Source: Elusimicrobiota bacterium
GTDB lineage: Bacteria > Elusimicrobiota > Elusimicrobia > UBA1565 > UBA9628
DNA: 64,000 bases
NCBI GenBank assembly: GCA_023249645.1
Contig: JAHFCF010000014.1
Location: 8,734-72,733, forward strand
Direction: 5' to 3'
This document shows positions 27,393 through 35,072 of this stretch, in pieces (position 1 is the first letter of the stretch; each line of letters opens with the position of its first letter). The position numbers and the translations under genes are program-made. The notes beneath the pieces were generated by a model. That model was not told the origin of the DNA and ran no database searches. It saw nothing but the letters and a program-made list of their open reading frames with translations.

Positions 27393-27950
27393 TCACCCCG
27401 CTGGGACGTAGGATGCCGTCAGGGTAAAGACCCGCGGCATTCCTTCCGCCCCCTCATCCACGGTCATGGGACCCAGTTCGATCCCTGAAAAATGTCGGGA
27501 TTCCTCGAGGCGCCGCACCCACGCGGCGATGTCCTCATTGGTGCGCGCACGGGCCGAGACGTTCATCTTGACAGGGGATCCTCCCCCCCCGTTCGTCGTC
27601 ATGGAAATGACCCGCACCCCTCCCGGGGCGCTCCGAACGAAATCAGACATGAACAGAGGATAGGCCCGGCGCCCCTTGTCGAGGTCCTCGATCACCCGCA
27701 GGCGCGCCTGGAGGGCTGCCGCCAAACTCTCCGCCTCCTTGACCTTCAACACGACGGCGGCCAATCGGCTGGCCTCGGCCTGCCGCGCGACCAAGAGGCT
27801 CTCCATCCGCTGGAGCCGGATCCCGAGAACCGCCGAAAAGACCACCAGGGCCACCAGCAGCGCCGCCGCGGCCACGCTGAGGCGCCACATCCTCTGTTTC
27901 TGGCGCCACTGAACCAGAAGCTCCTGAGGGACCAGGTTGATCTTGATCAT
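27393..27950 (-). CDS. pilN: Type IV pilus alignment protein PilN
   Basis: The N-terminus is MIKINLVPQE (the INLLP motif), followed by a TM segment and a coiled coil. Confidence 0.75.
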   Translation of the reverse strand: MIKINLVPQELLVQWRQKQRMWRLSVAAAALLVALVVFSAVLGIRLQRMESLLVARQAEASRLAAVVLKVKEAESLAAALQARLRVIEDLDKGRRAYPLFMSDFVRSAPGGVRVISMTTNGGGGSPVKMNVSARARTNEDIAAWVRRLEESRHFSGIELGPMTVDEGAEGMPRVFTLTASYVPAG

Positions 27951-27956
27951 CGGGGA

Positions 27957-29099
27957 TCAGTCTCCGTAGCGCCGCAGGGCCAGGCCCGCGGCCACGGCAA
28001 AAGCAGGAGCCATGGCCGCCGGCAGGTCCGCCGGGGGACGCTGAAGGAATGCGAACGGATCGACGATGGACACGGGGACCTTGAGCTCCACGCTCAGGTG
28101 TTCGGCCAGATGAGGCAGTTTCGCCGTCCCGCCGGAAAGCAGGACCTGTCCGATGGTCCTCTCCGAGCCTTGCGAAAGGTAAAAATCCACCGAGCGCCGC
28201 AGCTCGGCGACCAGGTCCTTGATCACGGCGGCCAGCGCCTGGGACACGCCCAAGATCTCATGGCTGCCCGCCTTTAAGGCCTGCTCCGTCTGCGCGGCAT
28301 CCAGGACCAGACCATGGGCTCGTTTGAGCTCCTCGGCCTTGGCCGCGTCGACCTGCAGGGCCTTCATGACCGCCTTGGTCAGCGTCCCCCCGGAAATGAA
28401 GATGTCGCGCACAACGCGCGTCACGCCGTTCTCCATGACGGAAAAATTCGTCACGGAATGGCCGATATTGAGACAGAGGATCGCTCCCCCCGGGGTCGCG
28501 GGCCCTCTCCTCTTCTCATAGACATTCTCAAGGGCGAAGGAATCCACATCGATGATGGCCGGGTTCAGACCCGCGTTCTGCAGGATCTCCAAGCGCGCCG
28601 AAACCAGCTCTTTTTTGGCCGCCACCAGGACCAGTTCCGTCTTTTTCTGCCCCTCTTCCATCGCCTCGCCGAGCACATGGAATCCGAGCTGGACCTCGTT
28701 GATGTCGAAGGGGATGAAAGGCTCGGCCTCGGTGGCCAGGACCGCGGCGATCTCGCTGGGGGCCAGACGCGGAAACTTCACATAGCGCACGATGACGGAA
28801 TTCCCGGACAGAGAGGTCGCCGACTCCTTGAGTCCGATGCCGTTCTCTGCGATGAAGGCCCGCAAGACATCCGTCGCCCGAGCCTTGCGCTCCTCCGCGC
28901 TGGCCTCTGGCCCCAGACCCAAGGGCAGATAGCCCCACGCCTTGAGCATCGGAATTCCCTTCTCGGCGGCCATGAGGACGACCTTGACCGCATAGCTGCC
29001 GATGTCCACGCCCAGGACATGGCGCGGCCTCGCGAGGGCGCTGGTCAGCCCCTTCAACCCCTGGAGTCGTTCTTTGATTTTATCAAGCATCTGAGCCAT
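27957..29099 (-). CDS. pilM: Type IV pilus assembly protein PilM (actin-like ATPase fold)
   Basis: It has VLGVDIGSYAVKVV, LNIGHSVTNF and LLSGGTAKLPHL. I chose the ATG at 29099 because the track start 29195 is the TTG of the predicted -35 box. Confidence 0.85.
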   Translation of the reverse strand: MAQMLDKIKERLQGLKGLTSALARPRHVLGVDIGSYAVKVVLMAAEKGIPMLKAWGYLPLGLGPEASAEERKARATDVLRAFIAENGIGLKESATSLSGNSVIVRYVKFPRLAPSEIAAVLATEAEPFIPFDINEVQLGFHVLGEAMEEGQKKTELVLVAAKKELVSARLEILQNAGLNPAIIDVDSFALENVYEKRRGPATPGGAILCLNIGHSVTNFSVMENGVTRVVRDIFISGGTLTKAVMKALQVDAAKAEELKRAHGLVLDAAQTEQALKAGSHEILGVSQALAAVIKDLVAELRRSVDFYLSQGSERTIGQVLLSGGTAKLPHLAEHLSVELKVPVSIVDPFAFLQRPPADLPAAMAPAFAVAAGLALRRYGD

Positions 29100-29166
29100 A
29101 AAAAAAAGCCGCCGCTCCCGCCACGGACAAGACCCATGGACCGGAGCACTCGGCGCAAGACACCCA

Positions 29167-29195
29167 GTTATAACAGGAATCCATTCTCTTGTCAA
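29167..29195 (-). promoter_or_regulatory. Candidate sigma70-type promoter of the pilM operon
   Basis: On the minus strand there is a -35 TTGACA (29195..29190), an exact 17-nt spacer and a -10 TATAAC (29172..29167), about 68 nt upstream of the pilM ATG. Confidence 0.5.
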
Positions 29196-29311
29196 GACCT
29201 TTAGTCATTGTCATTATAAAGAATCAATATCAAAAATAAATCAACGCCCGAACAGGAGGCTTTGGAGGCGCTTTTGTGGCAGCATTCTACAATATAGTAC
29301 AATGACAAAAC

Positions 29312-30673
29312 ATGGACGCGATCCTCTTTGATTTCGGCGGGACTTTGGATTCGGACGCCCTCCCTTGGATCGACCGCTTTGATCGTCTTTATGCGCAGGC
29401 CGGCCTGGCTCCGGACCGCACCCGGTTCGACCGGGCCTTTTACGATTCGGATGACAATCTGCCCGCACGGTTCCGCCTGCAGGGCCTCTCCCTGCAAGAA
29501 ACCCTGACCCTCCAGGTACGCTGTGTCTTGAATTCTCTGGCTCCCCAGCGCGTCGAGCAAACCGGTCCGATCGTGCAGGCATTCCTCGCTGAAAGCCGCG
29601 CCTCTTTCCGGCGCGTTCGCCCGGTCTTGGAGAGGCTCTCGCGCCGCTATCGCCTGGGCGTTGTGTCCAATTTCTATGGCAACCTTGACAGCGTCCTGGC
29701 CTCGGAGGGACTGCGCGACCTCTTTGCCGTCGTGATCGATTCCGGGGTCGTGGGCGCGACCAAGCCCGACCCCGCCATCTTCCAGGCCGCCCTCCAAGCC
29801 CTCGGGACCTCCCCGAAGAACACCCTCATGGTCGGGGACTCCCTGGCAAGGGACATGCGCGGAGCCGAAGCCTTGGGCATGCCTCACCTCTGGATCGCAG
29901 ACCTCTCCAAGCCTGCCTGCTGCCATCAGGCCCTGCGGGCAGCGTCCGTGGCGGACCTGGAAAAAGCGCTTGCGCCCCTGCGGGTCGGCATCATCGCCGC
30001 CGGAGAAGGCTCGCGGCTTCAATCCAGCCATCCCGAGACCATCAAGCCCCTGATCCCGATCCATGGCCGCCCTCTGTGCCACTGGATCGTCGATTCTCTC
30101 CGGGGAGCCGGGGCAACGGATTTCACCATCCTCTTCAATGCCAAAGGGCGTCAAGCGCCGGACAGCCTGCGAACGGCATTCCCCGATCTCCGATTTTCCT
30201 TCCTGGAGCGAGACACCGCCTCCTCTTGGGAAAGCTTCCGTTTGGTCGCCTCGACCCTGGCGCAAACCGAGGGGGACTTCCTCATCAGCACGGTCGACGC
30301 CCTGGTTCCTCCCTCTGCAATCCGACGCTTCGTTCAAGAAGCGCGCCGCAGCGGCGCGTCCGCCGCGCTGGCGATCACTTCCTTCATCGATGATGAGAAG
30401 CCCCTGTGGGCCGACGTGAGCCATGGCCGCGTCACCGCCTTGGGGGCGCAGGCGCGCCAGAAGACCCACGCGACCTGCGGCCTCTACTATATGACCGCTG
30501 AAGCGGTCCAGACATTCCCTTCCGCTGAGAAGTACGGCTCGCTGCGAGAATACCTATCCTCACTTGTCTGCGCAGGCCAGACCGCCGGCATCGTCCTGGC
30601 CAAGACCTTGGACGTGGACCGGCCCGAGGACGTGCGCCAGGCCGAGGCCTTTGTCACCGCGCTGAGGAGCTAG
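29312..30673 (+). CDS. Fusion protein: N-terminal HAD-IA hydrolase + C-terminal sugar/alcohol-phosphate nucleotidyltransferase
   Basis: The HAD half has LFDFGGTL (motif I), VVSNF (motif II), K at GATKPD, and VGDSLARD (motif IV). The nucleotidyltransferase half (from about residue 225) has GIIAAGEGSRL....KPLIPIHGRPL, the GxGxRL signature. Confidence 0.7.
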   Translation: MDAILFDFGGTLDSDALPWIDRFDRLYAQAGLAPDRTRFDRAFYDSDDNLPARFRLQGLSLQETLTLQVRCVLNSLAPQRVEQTGPIVQAFLAESRASFRRVRPVLERLSRRYRLGVVSNFYGNLDSVLASEGLRDLFAVVIDSGVVGATKPDPAIFQAALQALGTSPKNTLMVGDSLARDMRGAEALGMPHLWIADLSKPACCHQALRAASVADLEKALAPLRVGIIAAGEGSRLQSSHPETIKPLIPIHGRPLCHWIVDSLRGAGATDFTILFNAKGRQAPDSLRTAFPDLRFSFLERDTASSWESFRLVASTLAQTEGDFLISTVDALVPPSAIRRFVQEARRSGASAALAITSFIDDEKPLWADVSHGRVTALGAQARQKTHATCGLYYMTAEAVQTFPSAEKYGSLREYLSSLVCAGQTAGIVLAKTLDVDRPEDVRQAEAFVTALRS

Positions 30674-30678
30674 CCCGC

Positions 30679-31527
30679 ATGGTCTCCTGCCTGGGCATCT
30701 TCCGAGAATTGACGAACTCCCCGAACCGGGAAAGCGACGACGCCCTCATCCTCAAGGCGGTCATGGACCAGCTCGGGATCTATAAGACCCACACGCAGAC
30801 CATGACCCCGGAAGAGGCGGACACCGCGGATTTGAGCTCCTGGGACATGATCGTGCCCATGTGCGAATCCTACCCGCGCTTGCGTCGACTGGCCGCGCTG
30901 AGACGGTCCCAGAACGTCGTGATGGTCAACCCTCCCGAGTCGGTCCTGGCGTGCTACCGCCTGGCCATGATCGAGGCTTTCTCTCATGACCCCAGCATCC
31001 TCATCCCTCACACGGAGACGCGCACGATCCAGGGCTCGGCCCAGATGCGCCCGCCGGCCTTCGACATCGCCAACGGCCTCTGGGTCAAGAGGGGAGACGT
31101 GCACAACACCTGCTCCCACGACGTGGTCTACGCTCAGGACTGGTCCGAGGTGGAGGCCATCCGCCAGGACTTCGCGGGCCGCGAGATATCCTCCTTGGTC
31201 CTGCAGCAGCACGTCGACGGGGACCTGGTCAAGTTCTACGGCGTGGGGCCCGGCCGCTGGTTCACCTACTTCTACCACGATCCAGCCACGGCGCGGAAGA
31301 TCCCCTTCGACATCGACATCCTCGCGGCCATGGCCGCAGCCGGGGCCTCTGCCTTGAAGCTCGAGGTCTTCGGCGGAGACGCCATCATCACGCCCTCGGG
31401 GCGTCTGTGCCTCATCGACATCAACTCCTGGCCGAGCTTCGCCCGCGTGCGCGCGGAAGCGGCCATCCAGATCGCCTGGCAGCTGCGCACGAGACTCAAA
31501 ACCCTGCAAGCCGTGAGGAAACCCTGA
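30679..31527 (+). CDS. ATP-grasp fold protein, ITPK1 (inositol-phosphate kinase)-like by motif
   Basis: WVKRGDVHNTCSHDVV, LVLQQHVDGDLVKFYGVG and VFGGDAIITPSGRLCLIDINSWPSF mirror, as I remember them, the ITPK1 segments CKTRVAHGTNSHEMA, VVQNFINHNAVLYKVFVVG and LFGIDIIIN....VIDINAFPGY. A generic ATP-grasp ligase cannot be excluded. Confidence 0.45.
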   Translation: MVSCLGIFRELTNSPNRESDDALILKAVMDQLGIYKTHTQTMTPEEADTADLSSWDMIVPMCESYPRLRRLAALRRSQNVVMVNPPESVLACYRLAMIEAFSHDPSILIPHTETRTIQGSAQMRPPAFDIANGLWVKRGDVHNTCSHDVVYAQDWSEVEAIRQDFAGREISSLVLQQHVDGDLVKFYGVGPGRWFTYFYHDPATARKIPFDIDILAAMAAAGASALKLEVFGGDAIITPSGRLCLIDINSWPSFARVRAEAAIQIAWQLRTRLKTLQAVRKP

Positions 31528-31529
31528 CC

Positions 31530-32885
31530 ATGCCACCATCCACGAACGCTCCCTCCAAGACCTTCCGTTACGCCCCGGGACCGAAGTCCAAGGCCCTCTT
31601 CGACGAGGAGCAAAAGAACATCGCTCCCGGCCTGCAGACCATCGCCCTCTACTCCCAGATCGCTCTCGAAAGCGGCCACGGCCGATATCTGCGCGACCTC
31701 GACGGCAAGGAGTATCTCGACTTCGTCGCCGGCATCGGCGTGGCTTCTTTGGGCTACTCCCACCCGGACTTCGTGCGCATCGTCTCCGAGCAATTGGCCA
31801 AGGTGTCCGTGGGCAGCTTCACCACGCCCCACCGGGCCTCCTTCGTCAAGACCCTGTCCACGATCACGCCCAAGGGTCTCGACCGCATCCAACTCTATTC
31901 CTCCGGGGCCGAGGCCGTGGAAGCGGCCGTGCGGCTGGCCAAGAGCCGGACCAAGAAATACGAGCTCGTCGGCTTCTGGGGGGGCTTCCATGGCAAGACG
32001 GGCGGCATCCTTCCGGTCTTGGGCGACAGCTTCAAGCACGACTTGGGGCCTCTCATGCCCGGTCTGTATCTGGCGCCCTATCCGAACCAGGACCATTGTC
32101 CCTTCGGAACGCAGGGTGAGCACGACTGCGCGGCCCACTGTCTGAGTTTCCTGCGCGAACTCTTGAAGCGCTCGACGGCCGGAGCTCTGGCCGCCATCAT
32201 CGCGGAGCCCATCCAAGGCACGGCCGGCAACGTCATCCCGGCCAAGGGCTTCCTCAAGGGCCTGCGAGCCCTCACTCAGGAGATGGGCGCCCTTCTCATT
32301 TCGGATGAGATGATCACGGGCTTCGGCCGCACCGGCCAATGGTGGGGCTGCGACCACGAAGGCATCACCCCGGACATCCTGACCGTGGGCAAGGGCCTGG
32401 GAGGGGGTTTCCCGGTCTCGGGCGTCATCACCTCGACGGAGATCGCCCAGTCCAAGCCCTGGGGCAACCCCAGCGGCTCCTCTTCGAGCTACGGCGGAAA
32501 TCCCCTGGCCTCGGCGGCCTGCGACGCGGCCCTTCAGATCCTCATCAAGGAAAAACTAGTGGAGAATTCCCGCCGGGTCGGGGCCAAGCTGCTCAAAAGC
32601 CTCCAGGAACTCAAGCTCCGATCCCCCCTCATCGGCCTGGTGCGCGGCCGGGGTCTCATGATCGGCGTGGAGCTGGTCAACCCCAAGACGAACAAGCCCC
32701 TCGAATCCCCGCTCTGCCGGGAGCTCTTCGAGGAATGCCTCACCCGCGGCCTGTTGACCATGTCCTACAATGCCGCTCTGCGCATCAACCCGCCCTTGAG
32801 CATCACCGAAGAAGAAGCGATGGCGGGCGTTGAGATCTTCACAGCGGCGCTCACGGCCGTGGCCTCCAGGCACGACCTCCGCTGA
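31530..32885 (+). CDS. Class-III (omega) PLP aminotransferase
   Basis: It has SSGAEAVEAAVRLAK, AEPIQGTAGNV, LISDEMITGFGRTGQWW and TVGKGLGGGFPVSG (the Schiff-base Lys). Confidence 0.8.
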   Translation: MPPSTNAPSKTFRYAPGPKSKALFDEEQKNIAPGLQTIALYSQIALESGHGRYLRDLDGKEYLDFVAGIGVASLGYSHPDFVRIVSEQLAKVSVGSFTTPHRASFVKTLSTITPKGLDRIQLYSSGAEAVEAAVRLAKSRTKKYELVGFWGGFHGKTGGILPVLGDSFKHDLGPLMPGLYLAPYPNQDHCPFGTQGEHDCAAHCLSFLRELLKRSTAGALAAIIAEPIQGTAGNVIPAKGFLKGLRALTQEMGALLISDEMITGFGRTGQWWGCDHEGITPDILTVGKGLGGGFPVSGVITSTEIAQSKPWGNPSGSSSSYGGNPLASAACDAALQILIKEKLVENSRRVGAKLLKSLQELKLRSPLIGLVRGRGLMIGVELVNPKTNKPLESPLCRELFEECLTRGLLTMSYNAALRINPPLSITEEEAMAGVEIFTAALTAVASRHDLR

Positions 32886-33910
32886 TGAGACTGCGCGGGG
32901 CCCTCATCGGATTCGGACAGGTGGCGCAGAACGCGCATGTCCCGGCTTTTCACAGCTCCGAAGACGTTGAGATCGTCGCCGTGGCCGACACCGCGCCCGC
33001 CCTGCGGGCTCAAGCGGCCCAAGCCTTCCCCGGAGCCAAGACCTATGCCTCGTTGAAGGACCTGCTGGCCGGCGAGAAGCGCTTGGATTTCGTGGACCTG
33101 GCCACGCCTCCATGGCTGCATGGCGCCCAAGCGTTGGAAGCTTTGGAACAGGACCTTCATGTCCTTTGCGAGAAGCCCCTGACCCTGGATGTCTCGCAAC
33201 TGCGACAGCTGGCGCAAAGCGCCGCACGCCGAGAGAAAACAGTCTTTACCGTTCATAACTGGGCGTATGCCCCCATCTGGGCCAAGGCCCAAGAGCTCCT
33301 CGCGCAAGGAGCCATCGGCGAGCCGCGCCACGCGGAGCTGCACGTCCTGAGGACCAAGCCGGCGCCCGGCCAGCAGGGAGACTGGCGCATGGACCGCCGC
33401 CTGGCCGGGGGAGGGATCCTGGTCGACCACGGCTGGCACAATCTCTATCTCCTGCGCCGCTGCCTCTTTCCCGCGGGCGCCGCGCAGTCGCCGCTCTTGA
33501 CCAGCGCGGTCCTCCACCGCCCCATGCCGACCGGCGCGGAGGATGAAGCCACTGTTTTTTTCCAGTTTTCGCAAGCGACCGCCCTGGTGCGACTCTCCTG
33601 GCGGGCCTCTTCCCGGTCCAATACGGCTCTCATCCAGGGCTCGACAGGGACCCTGGAACTGCGCGACGATCGCATTCTTTTGAGCTCTGTCGGAAAGCCG
33701 GAACAGACATTCTCCTTCCCCCAGAAGCTCTCCGCCGGCTCGGCTCATCCGGAGTGGTTCTCCGCCATGCTCCCGGATTTCCTCGCCGAGATCCGCGATC
33801 ACCGGCAGCGCGGCCGCAACCTCGCCGAAGCCGGCTTCGTCTTGGACCTCATCACGCGGGCTTATGCTGTTCCAACTCCGGCGCAGCCCCTGGAACAGAT
33901 GGCGGCTTGA
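32885..33910 (+). CDS. Gfo/Idh/MocA family NAD(P)-dependent oxidoreductase
   Basis: It has the Rossmann opening GALIGFGQVAQNAHVPAF and the CEKPL motif. Its ATG shares one base with the upstream TGA. Confidence 0.8.
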   Translation: MRLRGALIGFGQVAQNAHVPAFHSSEDVEIVAVADTAPALRAQAAQAFPGAKTYASLKDLLAGEKRLDFVDLATPPWLHGAQALEALEQDLHVLCEKPLTLDVSQLRQLAQSAARREKTVFTVHNWAYAPIWAKAQELLAQGAIGEPRHAELHVLRTKPAPGQQGDWRMDRRLAGGGILVDHGWHNLYLLRRCLFPAGAAQSPLLTSAVLHRPMPTGAEDEATVFFQFSQATALVRLSWRASSRSNTALIQGSTGTLELRDDRILLSSVGKPEQTFSFPQKLSAGSAHPEWFSAMLPDFLAEIRDHRQRGRNLAEAGFVLDLITRAYAVPTPAQPLEQMAA

Positions 33911-33911
33911 G

Positions 33912-35072
33912 ATGATCGAGAACGCCATCCTGTGGGTCCCCCCGGCTGAGTTTTTACAAAAACCGCGCCGCCTGGGAGGTCTCTCCATCCTGGAGCGCCA
34001 GCTTCACACTTTGAGCCGCGCCGGTCTGCGCCGGGTCTGGATCTCCACGCAAACTCAAGGAAGAACTCCTCAACCACTGCGTCTGCCTCCCGGGCTTGAG
34101 ATCGTTTGGACCGATCACGCGGCAGAAAAACCCGCCACCCCTTATCTGATCGTCTCGGGCGGCCATTTTCTGAGGACCGAGACCCTCTCCCGCATCGCCC
34201 GATTGCCGCTGGCCGGTCCCATCGCCTTTGTGGACGCCGGCCAGAGTTCCGTCATCCAGGCCATCACCGCGCCGTGCGAAGAGGCATCTGCCTGCCGCAA
34301 ACAAGATCTCCCCGAAGACTCCTCATGGGCCATCGCGGGGCCCACCGAAGATGCGGCGGCCCTGGATTGGCTCATGGAGGTCGGCATCAAAAGCCAGGAC
34401 GGCTTCATGGCGCGCCATTTCGACCGGCACATCTCCCTGGCCGTCTCCCGGACGCTCTTGGACACGCCCGTCTCGCCCAACATGATGACTCTGTTCAGCT
34501 GCGCCGTGGGCCTTCTCGGCACGTTCTTCTTCCTGATCCATCGGGAAAAAGCCCATCTGATCGGCGCGGCGCTGGTGTGGCTGCATTCGGTGCTGGACGG
34601 CTGCGACGGAGAGCTGGCTCGCATCCGGTTCCAGGAAAGCCCCTGGGGAGCGCAGATCGATTTCTGGGGGGACAATGTCGTGCACCTCTCCCTGTTCGCC
34701 TGTCTGGCCGTGGGCTTCGCGCGGGCCGACGCCAGCATCGTGCCGCTCGTGGGAGGAGCGATCGCCATGGTAGGCGTCGTCGGCTCAGCCATCCTGGTCC
34801 ACAACCGCAGACAAACATCCCCCACCCAGGCCGCGGCCGCATCTCCCCAGGGACATCCTCCCTGGACGCGCCTGGTGGTGCTCCTGGAACAGCGTGATTT
34901 CATCTACCTGCTCCTGTTCCTCGCCTACTTAAGCTGGTATTATCATTCCCTCCGGTTCACCTACGCCTTCATGTGGGCCGGCGTCGTAGGCACGTTTTTG
35001 TTCTTCACCATGATCAATTACATCGGGAGGTCCAACAGTGAACAAGAATTCCAACCGGATCGCGCCGGCTAA
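33912..35072 (+). CDS. CDP-alcohol phosphotransferase with an N-terminal cytoplasmic nucleotidyltransferase-like (degenerate) domain; DIPPS/AF2299-like architecture
   Basis: It matches D-G-x2-A-R-x8-G-x3-D-x3-D perfectly: DGCDGELAR-IRFQESPW-G-AQI-D-FWG-D. About 6 TM segments follow. The N-terminal 150 aa (ILWVPPAEF..LGGLSILERQLHTL) lack the GxGxR loop. Confidence 0.75.
   Translation: MIENAILWVPPAEFLQKPRRLGGLSILERQLHTLSRAGLRRVWISTQTQGRTPQPLRLPPGLEIVWTDHAAEKPATPYLIVSGGHFLRTETLSRIARLPLAGPIAFVDAGQSSVIQAITAPCEEASACRKQDLPEDSSWAIAGPTEDAAALDWLMEVGIKSQDGFMARHFDRHISLAVSRTLLDTPVSPNMMTLFSCAVGLLGTFFFLIHREKAHLIGAALVWLHSVLDGCDGELARIRFQESPWGAQIDFWGDNVVHLSLFACLAVGFARADASIVPLVGGAIAMVGVVGSAILVHNRRQTSPTQAAAASPQGHPPWTRLVVLLEQRDFIYLLLFLAYLSWYYHSLRFTYAFMWAGVVGTFLFFTMINYIGRSNSEQEFQPDRAG

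Noticed and set aside
29100-29195. The ORF-track 5' extension of pilM (start 29195). Analogous extensions occur on the SDR (11528), lpxA (43205), lpxB (46042), metH (56840), the flippase-like gene (19581), the GT39 gene (5708), gmhB (1251), rpmB (51637) and the aminotransferase (31407).
   Set aside because: The track uses the most upstream ATG/GTG/TTG. The extensions overlap upstream genes or promoter elements and add Arg/Pro-rich non-native sequence. The conserved N-termini and ATGA-type junctions support the shorter starts.
29201-30469. A 422-aa minus-strand ORF antisense to the HAD-nucleotidyltransferase gene. Similar long antisense ORFs occur at 3044-4462, 30670-31539, 31272-32357, 32765-33988, 41405-42562, 57716-58729 and 60058-61485.
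   Set aside because: None has a recognisable motif, all are Arg/Gly/Asp/Pro-rich, and each overlaps a motif-supported gene on the other strand.
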